This document shows, piece by piece, positions 1 through 11,500 of a stretch of 64,000 nt of DNA; positions within the stretch are counted from its first letter, which is position 1, and the number at the start of each line of letters is the position of its first letter. The notes under the pieces are model-generated. The model was not told where the DNA came from. It searched no databases and saw only the letters and a list, made by a program, of their open reading frames with translations. The stretch spans positions 11,940,644 to 12,004,643 of the forward strand of contig CM120643.1 in assembly GCA_051362555.1 (NCBI GenBank), in the 5' to 3' direction. Source of the DNA: Lingula anatina. Its lineage: Eukaryota; Animalia; Brachiopoda. The translations under genes were made by a program, and so were the position numbers.

Positions 1-983
1 GAATCATCAATTACTAAAATAGCCAACTGTATTTCTGATATAAGGGGGTGGATGATCAGAAACAAACTCAAGATCAACGACGAGAAAACTGAATTCCTAG
101 TAATATCTCAACCACACAATAAGAACATTGCCCGCAGTCTTAGCATGTCAATAGGTGCCAGCGTGGTACAAGTCTCATCTCACGCCAAAAATCTGGGAGC
201 TTATTTTGACAGTACATTGTCCATGAACAGGCAAATTTCTAACGTATCCAAAACATGTATGTTCAATATTAGAAACATTGGTTCCTTACGAAAACATTTA
301 ACCGACTCTTCTACAGCAACAGTTATACATGCCCTGGTTACATCGAGACTTGATTTCTGCAACTCCCTTCTTTATGGATCTTCAGAGGAACAAATCAAAC
401 GGCTACAGCGTGTACAGAATATATCTGCTCGCCTACTGACCCGCACTCCAAAAGACAACCACATTACTCCTGTTTTAATGATGTTGCACTGGCTCCCTGT
501 CCGAGCACGCATTTTATTCAAACTTTTAACATTTGCACATGCAGCATTTTATAAACTTGCACCTTCTTATTTAAATGAGCTTGTTTCACACTATGTGCCA
601 TCAAGAAATCTCAGATCAGGTGATCACCTTCTTCTTAAGGTTTATAAGGCAAGATTAGTATCATACGGTGATAAAGCTTTTAAATTTGCAGCACCAAAAG
701 AATGGAATATTTTACCCATCAGTCTTAGACAAATTGTGGACCCTGGACATTTTAAAAAGGAACTAAAAACCCACCTTTTTAAACAATATTATCTTTAAAT
801 TCTTTAAAAAAAAACACTTCTTAAGAAAAACTGTTCTTAGTCATAGTTTTAAATTTCCCCTTTTTTATCCATTTTATATATCCTTTCATTTTATAACCAT
901 TAGCAATATTTTTCTTTTAATTTGAATTTTATAATTTTTGTAAAGTCTACTGAACACATGTTGGATTTTAGACTATAAATAAA

Positions 984-1030
<47 letters not shown>
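1..1030 (+). mobile_element. 3' end of an L2/CR1-group non-LTR retrotransposon (RT C-terminal region, 3' UTR, (ATT)n tail); continues beyond the left window edge
   Basis: ORF 52..798 carries LKINDEKTE, KNLG, LVTSRLDFCNSLL, LQRVQN, HITPVL..LHWLPV and FKKELKTHLF, typical of the post-RT region of L2/Crack-type LINEs. It is followed by a 3' terminal motif (TGTAAAGTCTACTGAACA...GGATTTTAGACTATAAATAAAT) and an (ATT)n tail at ~984-1030. Confidence 0.9.
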
Positions 1031-1289
1031 TGGAGGAAGACAGGAATAACATTTGCTGTACATGTACAAGACCAACAATACAATTCCATGGTATAGCGGT
1101 TTTATACTCATTAGTCACATTATAAGTAGACCAGGCATTATAACTACCCAAGATCTGCCTACTTTTATTGCTCTGAGTTAGGGGGTGACACTTCTATTGC
1201 CCAGTGTGTGTAGGACCAGTAAAAAAACAGCGGGTCCTACGAAGATCCTGATCATTGTAAAGAGGCGCTAGCTGAAGTGGTAAGGGCAC

Positions 1290-1440
1290 TTCACAAGATC
1301 AACAGGACTTGGAGATGGGAAATTAACAACACAGAATGGACCGGGTTAAAGTTGATCAGGAAAGCAGACAACAGATGGGAGTTGAGAAAGCTGATAGCAA
1401 AATGCCCAAGAGGCGCCCGCATATAATGGACATGATACGA
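1290..1440 (+). mobile_element. Possible decayed 3' end of an RTE-clade LINE
   Basis: + strand translation WEINNTEWTGLKLIRKADNRWELRKLIAK resembles the RTE ORF C-terminus (W.DNIKEWTGL...R.A.DR..WR). The match is short and degenerate. Confidence 0.35.
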
Positions 1441-2611
1441 TAGGACAGTATAACAGCCATAGATATATTTTTCACAAGACGTTATCAAAATATTGAATAT
1501 TGAATTCCCTGCATGATCAGTTTGAATTTGTTAATAAATATATTTTCAAGTCCTATGATTCCTCATACCAATAAAAGACATGCCTTAGGCAAAATTTGGT
1601 CCCAATGGTCTGTACCAGAGTTTGCACATCACTGATGGAATGGTGGTTAACTACAAAGTAAATTACAATACATATTCGTCTTTAACGCTTGTTGTAGCTT
1701 GTAAATCACAGGTTAAGGGTAAACATGTATATACTATATAAATTTTGTTGCATATTTGCTGCAAACTTTTCATCTTCGTTATAAGGTGATAACTGCAGTT
1801 CTGATGACGGCAGGGGTTTATGGCGATGTAGCACCACTATAATCGAGCGTATCACCTTCAGCGTAACAATTACATTAAATAAAGTAAGCTTGACATTGTA
1901 CTTGCAACAAGGTGCTGAATTGGCTTTCATAAAACTGATTATAAAACGATGCATAAATGTCCTCGATGGACTTACCGCCTATTTCTTTGCTGTGGTTTAA
2001 TCTCAAATAATTTGGACACCTGTTTTTTCTACCTCTATTTTTGCCCCTGTGTTGCGCAATTTCTCGGCATAGCAATGGTAAACCGTCAAATCAATAAAGG
2101 CCCAACAACTAGGCAGGGGCCCAAATTGCAAGCGTTTTATTTACCCCTCCACAATGCATAGAAAAAGTAGGATTTTTTCTAAGGGACGTGAAATTCACAA
2201 AGCAAACACAACCTAACAAAAACACGTTTCTCGATTGGTATCAACACTTTTATTCATTGAGCTTTTGCAATAGTGTTTGTTCTGGATAATACGTTTTCTC
2301 TCTTTTTTAACAATGGGGCAAACAATCCATCGGCAAAGCTTATATACAAAAACAATTCACGCACAATCTATCTAATGTATTTACCTCCAGTTTATTCACT
2401 GCGCAAAATTGACATTCCCAGGTTACTGTTGTAAAGACCAAGACCGCCCTCTATAGCAAAATGAATAAATTAATTATCATTAATTAATTAATTAACGTCC
2501 GATTTCAGATTCGTTCGTGCACAAGTTTGGCATGGTCCTAACAAAAAAAGTAACGAAGAAAAATTCTACTGTTACTTTCAGAATCTGCTCCTAAACACCA
2601 ATCAACCAATC

Positions 2612-2784
2612 CCGGCGCAACATGACAGAGAGTCCCCCATAATAGAAAGTCCGCTTTCCATTCATTTGTACAGGTAAGCCTAGCCCTAGATTTAACCCAT
2701 CTAAGTCAGGTTATAACCTTAACCATTATAACTAAATAGAAGGCAGACTTTCTGTTACTCGGACCCTGAGTTTCATTACACCGG
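2612..2784. mobile_element. Small non-autonomous DNA element with CCGG termini
   Basis: Starts CCGGCGCAACATGACA, ends TTCATTACACCGG, with internal inverted AATAGAAAGTC / GACTTTCTGTT and a CCTAA-like core. A similar architecture occurs at 49435..49607. Confidence 0.4.
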
Positions 2785-3319
2785 CTACAGTTGAAGAGCA
2801 CTGATGAATAGAAAGTCTAATTAAAGAGTGCAGATTAGAATCTAGAGAATGGAATGCCAAAGTTCCAATTAACATTTACATATAAAACTGCTTATTTTCT
2901 TCGGTGAACTGAAATCTTCACAATCATCTCTATCCTTAGGTTAAGAAAACGAATACTTTTCAACTCTGCTTTCATATTATCAGTTAACCCAGAGGGCAAA
3001 TTATGTTGTTTTAACGTTGAAACAACCTTGAACCATAATGTTGATAAGACGTTGGATAAACATTGGATTTGAAAGTTGGATCAACGTCAGATAACAACAT
3101 TGTATAAACCCCAGTTTTTAGACAACATTCTTGCATGAAAAGACATTAAAATGACCTTTTTGGTACAAAACTCAGGTACACAATTATAACGTACACTGTA
3201 AAAACATCCAAGTGCCTGCTTTGTCTGATTTTTTCAACGCATTTACCTCCTAAAGCATGTTTTGCACTTAAGCGTGGTACACCCTTTTAGCCTGGATGTG
3301 TTTAGCAGTAGGACATGTT

Positions 3320-4010
3320 TGATGGCTAAATATGGGCAACCTCTAAGGAAGCCTCTTTGAACAGCGCAGCAACCTAGGCTATCTCTATAATGAGCTTGGA
3401 ACCATCAGCATTTCCGGGCACAGCACTTGAACCATGCGCGGTGTTACCTTATGAGGTTAGATTTCAATTTACAGAAATAATAGTTCTCAGATACCTTGTA
3501 TCTTGAAGACACCTTTGTTGAAGCCTGTATTACTCCTAAAGTGACCTGGGCGATGGGGGCATTTGTATTTATGTTGGTGCCAAAACCCCATCGGTAGTAA
3601 ACGGTGGAAACCTTAATCACGCCAAATATAGGGATATGCTGGAAACCGTCTGTTTCCCATGTGCAGAAGGGCACCTCAGGTACACATTTATTTTACAAGA
3701 TGAATATGCCTGTCCATACAGAGCACTTGAATTGAATATTACGTGCGAAACCAAGGGACTTAGCAGCTATTGTGGACATCAGGATCGCCATTTTTAACCA
3801 AATAAACTGTCTGTTGGTAGAAATTACTCGCTACAGTTGAAGAGCACTGACAACAGTTTACATGGACTGGACCTACAACAAATCTGAACTAGATTGGACA
3901 AGCTCTCCCCAATTCCTGGGATTCTACATTGTTTATTCCTGATAAAACTCCAAGACCACTGGTGTCTGTGCAAGGGAAACCTTTGTAACGCCTGCTGAAT
4001 GTGCTCATCT
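3320..4010 (+). pseudogene. Highly decayed Tc1/mariner transposase remnant
   Basis: Not in the ORF track. + frames give PLRKPL (~3340), VLPYEVRF (like VLFSDESRF, ~3440), GAKTPSVVNGGNLNHAKYRDMLETVCFP...FILQDEYACPYRA (like GNLNA.RY.D.L...FILQDDNA.PHRA, ~3580-3725) and a degenerate WP..SP..N.I (~3770-3810). Frameshifts and stops are present. Confidence 0.65.
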
Positions 4011-4869
4011 TTATCTCACTGGTTTCCTGTTTAACAGTGTCGGCAATACGAAGTTGTAGTACAGTAAGCAGTCAGAGTATTGTCCAGGAAGTAGTAATAT
4101 TCTAATAGTAATCGTCATATAGTTACATATAACGACAAAAGGAACTCTAGATATGGGGGCATTTCGATAAGGCTCGTTGGTCCAAAAACGTGCCTCTGAT
4201 TAACTTTATTACAAGTACACCGTACACTTTATTCATGCATTAATTTCGACTAGTGAACCTTCCGAGCATATATATACCCTCAGTTGTTTACTTCGAGAAA
4301 TGACTATGAAAGCTTCTGAAAGTTTTAAACAGACCACAATGATCTACCGAATTCTAGAATGTTCTTGGATTTTTTTCATTTTTTAATTATTATTGTTATT
4401 ATTGTTTTTGTTTTTTATTTTCACAACAACCACAGTGGGGACAACCAACTTTGACTTTTAAAACTACCATTCCTGTCACACTGGCATTTGAACTTATCAT
4501 CATATATTACTTTTCAAAGCCCCCTCCTATGATTATGAATGATATCAGAGAGTGCTTTTGCAAAACTTTTAAATTCCATTTTCAGGAGACAAAAAGAATG
4601 GGAATCAACGCATCACACTATACCCAACAGTATAAGATGTTCTGTGTACACCAAATGCTTCATGCAAAGAGCGTCGAAAGTGCATTGTTAATTGTCATTC
4701 CATGATTACTAGTAAAATCCTTTTTGGTTACTTGTCAAGTGTTTTATGACTAGCAAATCAAAAGGAATGAAGATGACAGTTAAGAATGTAGCTAAATTGC
4801 TGATTTATGCAACAGTTGTAAACTATATTATTATTATGTATTTAATATTGTATAGTAAACTACCCTGTA

Positions 4870-6016
4870 GTACTTATCAAATATTATCAAATGTTTCAGA
4901 GATAGCTTTTGGTGTGCCACAAGGCAGTGTTCTAGGACCTCTTGTTTTTGGCATGTATACTAAGACATCATAACGTTGGCTATCATATTTATGCTGATGA
5001 CACACAGATTTTTACTTGTTGCAATCTAGAAAATCCAAATGAATCTATTGATATATTGTCTGAATGTATTGATGATCTTCGCGGGTGGCTGATTAGTAAT
5101 AAGTTGAACATTAACGATGGAAAGTCTGAACTTTTGGTAATAAGTCAGCCACATAATCGTATGATAGCACAACAAATTCAGCTCAAAATTGGATCAAGTA
5201 TTATTAACCCAAAACCTTATGCAAAAAATCTTGGTGTATTTTTAGATGGATCACTTTGTATGAACAAACATATTGCCAGTGTATGCAGGTCAGCGGTTTT
5301 TAACATGAGGAACATAAGTGCAATTCGCAATCAGTTGTCTGACTCTACTGCAGCCACAGTTATAAATGGTTTAGTTACATCTCGATTAGATTGCTGCAAC
5401 TCCATTTTATACGGTTGTCCAAAGAAACAAATTGCTAGACTGCAGCGCATTCAAAATATTTCGGCCAGATTATTAACTCGGACATCCACAAGTATACACA
5501 TCTCCCCAGTTTTAAAAAGTTTACACTGGCTACCTCTACAAGCCAGAATTTTATTCAAATTTTTAGTTTTTACTCACGATGCTTTTTATGGATTGGCACC
5601 AATCTACATCAAATTAGTCAGTCACTATGTTCCAATGCGAAATCTGCGGTCTGTAGACCAATTGCTACTCAACCCAGTAAAAATGCGATTAAAAACCTAC
5701 GGTGATACATCTTTTAAAGCTGCAGGTCCAAAGGAAAGGAATCTATTACCGCTGGAAATCCGAGCAATTCAGTCTACCAAACATTTTAAAAAAGAACTCA
5801 AAACATACCTTTTTAGGAAATATTTTGATTAACTCTTAATTGGTTTTATAAATCTTGTATTAATTGCATTTAATTGTATGGAATAATGGCTGTTTTACCT
5901 TGATTTTATTTATGATATTTTATGTAGTATTATTTATGATATTTTATGTAAAGTCTACTGAACATTTTAAATGGATTTTAGACTTAAAATAAATTTATCA
6001 TTTTTTATTATTATTA
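4870..6016 (+). mobile_element. 5'-truncated, frameshifted L2/CR1-group LINE copy (RT domain to 3' tail)
   Basis: GVPQGSVLGPLVF at ~4910-4950, a frameshift, then YHIYADDTQI and the C-terminal region in ORF 4942..5832. It has the same 3' terminal motif as the copy at 1..1030 (TGTAAAGTCTACTGAACA...GGATTTTAGACT, ~5947-5985) and a short (ATT)n tail. Confidence 0.9.
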
Positions 6017-7785
6017 GAAACACTACATCATGATCAGATAGCAGGATTTGTTTGACCCAGTGGTAACGTCCTTGGTTCCCCAACACGGAGTGGCTTCCAT
6101 TCCCACTCAGTCCCGTTTTTTATTTTTTAATGTTAGTCACAAAATCTTTGACTAAGGAAAGTGTGAAATTAAACGTTCACACAGAATATAGTATATAAAG
6201 AGATTTTATAAATCGTGTATACTTATTTCTTATCACGGTTCAATTATCGATGTGACGGTTTCGGCTAGTGTAAATTAATCCCGCTAAACGCGATCAAATG
6301 CCACCAGTGTTTCAAAAGAATTAATTTTAAATTCTTTTTCTGCTACCCGAGATTTTTTTATTTTTATTTATTTATTTATTTATTTATTTTTATTTATTTA
6401 TTTATTTTTTTTTTTTTGCACGTGGATTAAAAATATTTGCCTCGTGTAATACCCTGGTACTAATAATTTATATTTGATTAAAGATGTTACCGTCTGCTTT
6501 TGACTTAAGTTACATGTACTTGAGTGAAATTAATATTTATATTCTTTTCATTAAACCTTCAAACCATCACCCATAACATCACAAGAGTTAAAAAATACTT
6601 TGAAACATCCTTCTTGAATGCAAAGAATCTCCCAATTGCCCAGTGCATGTTGGCGGAGAAGTCTGTGCTATAACGAAATCCACAGCTTAGCGTAATTGTC
6701 ATATAATATTTATATGATTATTTCCATGATTTCTCCATCATTCGAAGCAAATACATTTCTCTTCATACAAATATATGAACATTATTTTTTCTTGATTTAC
6801 ATGTATCTTTACAGTTCAATATGTAAAAACGGCAACAGCACATGAATTCATAGGTCTAAGATTTTTCTCTTGAGAAACTTATAAGACATTGTTCTTATAA
6901 AACGGGGGGAAATTATAATACAGAGAAATTTTTCTAGACCTGAAACAGAAATCAATATATCATAAAAATTCCAAGGGTGTTTCAACTGAAACACTTTCAG
7001 CTCAGATTCAAACAGTAGGAGTTTGATTTTAACCTTTGATGCTTCAAAAAATACTTTTGCTTTTATTACTTCATACTGAATACTGTAGGTATTATCTCCT
7101 TGGCGTGAGAAACAATATAGATAAAGCATGCAAACTTTGTTAGGATATACAGCCTCATTTCTTTGTTATATTGATAATAGTACTATTTCTACAATTAAAA
7201 TGATCTTGATCAGATAATTACTTTGCGAGATTCTTCAGTGATCACTCTTAAAAATAAAAATTAAAAATCAGTGTTGAACCCGCCATTTCAAATAATTATC
7301 TGATATCCATAATATTGTTATGACAGCTTTCCATGGCACTTTAATTAAACAGTCATAAAGTGCCACATTCTTGGCAGCCTTTGACTGAAAACGACCTATT
7401 CATGTTGTCATGGAAACAAAAAAATACTTCCTAACTAGAAGCATTAGTATTAATTTCGTAGTCTATGCTACAATTGGATTTCATCTGACTTATTATGCTT
7501 TCAAAAATATGCCATGCTGAAACTGATTGAATTCACATAAGTCACCCCGAGTGTCAGTATAAATGGGATACCTTCCTCTGTATAGGCTGGAATGCTTAAA
7601 CTGCCCACTCCCTCCTAGGGTGCAGGATCTCCTTATGTCACAGCAATATCAAATTTGCAAAGGACCATTTCATGGCAGTTTGTTTTCTCCCTCTGAAGTG
7701 TCTTTATCCTCCATATTAAATCTATTTGGCACTTTCATTTTTGCCAATTTTGTAATAGAAATTTCAATTACCTAATATATATATA

Positions 7786-8372
7786 TGTCAAAGGCCCAGA
7801 TCAAATCTAGTCCTATGCATAAAAGGCCAAGGCTCCATGTTTATTATACCCTGGCTGGGCCCATTCTTTATGGTGTCTTTGCATTGTTATAACAGCATAA
7901 TGGGCAAGTTAAATGACCAAGTTAATTGGCCAAGCTGCCGGTTTGTTTGTATGGCATGTGCAGGGGATGACTTAGATCAAGGCACATATTATGATACTTA
8001 CAGGTGTGGCAAATGAGATATACTTGTATTTCATTACCTGTGATTTGTAAAATACATCAGAGGATGATTCTTTTAAAGATGTTTAATGTTTAAAGAAAAG
8101 ACATGTCGATTGATTTAGTAACATTTACTAAAGAAATGTTAAATTAAAGGTGGGCTTCATTTGTGCCTAGATCTAAGACATCTCCTGCAATGCCATACAA
8201 ACAAACTGGCAGCTTGGCCAATTAACTTGGTCAATTAACTTGGTCATTTTACTTGCCCATTATGCTGTTAACAATGCAAGGACACCATAAAGAATGGGCC
8301 CAGCCAGGGCGTAATAAACATGGGGTCTGGGCCTTTTATGCACGGGACTAGATTTGGTCCGGGCCTTTGACA
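7786..8372. mobile_element. MITE/foldback element with ~170-bp TIRs (TGTCAAAGGCCC...GGGCCTTTGACA) inserted in a (TA)n tract
   Basis: 7786..~7957 is the near-perfect reverse complement of ~8190..8372. TA dinucleotide runs flank both ends. Confidence 0.9.
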
Positions 8373-8596
8373 TATATATATATATATTGTTGGAATCAAA
8401 AAGACAAAAAAAAAAAAAAAATTCTGAGGACAGAAAATGTATAACAGAGGGGACAAATACAGCAGAACGACCAAAAGTGGGCATATGCTCCAGAACAAAA
8501 AAATAAATAAATAAATGAAAATAAAAAATAATAATAATAATTGAGCTGCATGCCAGTACACAGTATAATAACACCAAGTACATCACAATCACTAAA

Positions 8597-11500
8597 TCAC
8601 ATTTTGGCAACTTTTGCTTGCTCCTCAAGGAAAAGCAACTGGTCTACCAGGAAGCAATCACTTGGGTTTTTCACATATTGTCTCAGTCCAGCGATAATTT
8701 CGTTTTCGTCCACAGTCCCTGCCATATCTCCAAACCTGGCAGACTTCAGGTAGTTGTAGGCTTTCTGGAAGGCATTCTTTCCTAATTTCTTTTCACAATC
8801 CCTGTTGTTAAGTTAAGGATAACATAAAATTCAATCAAATTTAATTTATAAAATCATTAATAGAAAAACTTTTACAGTAGTCATTATTATATAAATAATA
8901 CATGGAAGTGTATTTCAAATTTACAAAATGTTTATAACTGCATGAAGGAGAGGGAAAAGCTGACAAACACCTAAATTTTTACAAAGATGTGATGTTTAAA
9001 AGGATTCATATATATATAAATGGGTTATTCATATACATATAAATCTTTTCATAAAAAGGATACATTCTTAAATTTTTTATCTTAACATCTCTCACAACTG
9101 GACCAAAAGCTCCAGCAACAGAATCATCAGCAAATGTCACACTCTTCTCTGAAAGTTAAAATTAAAATATTAGTCTTTGTTTACAGGTGATGTCACATTT
9201 TCCACAAACTTTTAGTTTTTTTAGTTTTTGCATTACCCACGTAAAAGAAAAAAAAAACAAAAAACAAGCGAACAAACAAACAAACAAACAAAAAAAGAAA
9301 AAAACAAATAGTGAAAAAAACAAAAAGTGTGCAGATAAAGGTAATTTATAGTTTAAAGTATTCTCACAAATGTAATACACAACGAAAAGAAAAACTCTAA
9401 AGGAAAATTAGATATTACTAAAAAGTGTCCATTAATTTGTTTAAATGAAACAAAGTGCAACTATGAAGTATATGGAGGTTATAACCTGCAGTAGTATCTA
9501 AGGCATTCTCCATATATCCTATCAAATGCTCCACATCCTCTGCCGTCTGCCCTAGCTCATCTTCATCTTCTGCCTCTCCCTCAATTTCTTCGTCCACCTC
9601 CTCCAGGTCCTCGAAGTCTTCGTACTGAGAATAAAACGTATCTGCTGCTGCAGGTTGATCTGGAATTCCTGGGGGAGAGGAAGCTGAGTAATTGGTGATG
9701 GAAAACCTATTTTCTATTTTAAAAGTACAGCTACATTGTGTGTTGATATTATTATGTAATATACATAACACCACGTTTGCTTGACAAGATTTATTCTTGT
9801 GGACATGTCACAACTGGTCTAGAAAGTTAACACGGAAATTATTATATCCCATGTTGAGATATCATGTATACGAGTTTTCTGATGTATTTCTGGAGTTAAA
9901 ATGCCTATCAAGAGATAATTATGAAAGCACTGTATTCTCCTTATGAGGTCTTCATCTGAATCATCAGGTGAATTATCAGTCCACAGTTGTCAACTCCACA
10001 CATCTTAGCCTAATCTACATATAATACAGGACAGACTCCCATTGTTTACAGGTGTTATAATTGTAAATTTGATAAAATGTTAGACAATAAAACTATGCAT
10101 TTTTAGTGCTGTGATTGTCATGTTGCTAATCCTGTCAGTTAAGAGCTGAAGTCACAGTAGGTTTAGAAAAAGATTAAAAACAGCAACAACTACACTTATT
10201 TTAATACTGACATACTAGTACTGCCCTACCATCTTTCCAGTCCAGAGAGGAATTCTTTATGTCATAGACCAGCTTATCCTTCATTGGAGTAATGGGACGT
10301 TCATCCTCCACTATGACATGTAGCTGCTTAGGGACCATGGTTTGGGCGCCCGGATTCAACATGGCTTCTGCTACGTCGAATTCTTCCTCTTTTTCTTCTC
10401 TTTGTGTCTCTAAAATCACAAAAACACAAAGGTGTTTAATCTGACTGATTGTTAAAATCTGCATATGATGATGACATATCAAATTCCTTTATTGCTCATT
10501 GTATCAATAATATAAATACTTTCTGGGACTGTGAAAACTTAAATGAGCGATAAAGTGTTACAACTTTACAAAAAAATCTAAAAGAGCTTTAGTCCAAAAT
10601 TTAGTGAATGCATGCGTGTAAATGAGTGTGTTCGCAAAAAATGTGGCTGTGAGTGAGTGTAGTGTGCATGTGTACACAGCATGTTGATCAGCGAGTGCAC
10701 AAAGATGTGTGCATGCTTGCCCGTGTGTTCTACCTCACCTGGCGCAGTCTGGGGTCTACTGTTATAGGCAATGTCCGCTGATCGCAGCTGATGTACCTGG
10801 ACATTGTTGGGTCTCGTAGCTCTCCCTCCTAGCAAGGCTCCCGCCTGAAATGCCAGCATATCTTATTAATTAGTCATTATCCAGACAACAACAAATACTT
10901 TTTTTCCTTAAAAGCACGAATTCACAAAAAGACAGTAAGCATATTGCTGTATAGAAGGGACTAAAATGTGTAGATAAATATTGAGATCAGTATTTGGTGC
11001 ACATCAAGCTTCAAAGTTTGAAATTTTTATGTCATTTTTTTTTGTTTTTGTCAAAGTTGAAAGACAATTATAAATTTACTAAAAAGCTTGCTTCAATATG
11101 AAAAAAAAAGATCAATTTCTCAATATTAGTATAACTGTAGGTGTGCTAGTGCATACTCACATTTGATGTTAGAAAACTAGATTTAATTTGGTCTTTCTTT
11201 AGTTGAGTTTCTTCGTAGCTCTGCCGAACAGCCTCTCTATAAAGGTAATGATGCTCTTAACTTACATATAAGATTCTTTAATGTATACATTCATTATTCA
11301 CATATTTTCTAGTACATCATTCACGTACAATTCATTAATAATATGTACAGCTGGGAAGGTCTGATAATAATCAAGAATGATTTTTATTTCAAATAATTTT
11401 GTGAATTAGCATAATTGTAAGACTTTCAAAGCAACACAACAAACAAAACCTACTCTAATTTTTTCTTTTCCTCGTCTGCCTTCTGCTGTTTTCTTATCCT

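Noticed and set aside
7404-7417. RFX X-box-like GTTGTCATGGAAAC
   Set aside because: It lies downstream of NEK11, far from any inferred TSS, and such motifs are common in repeats.
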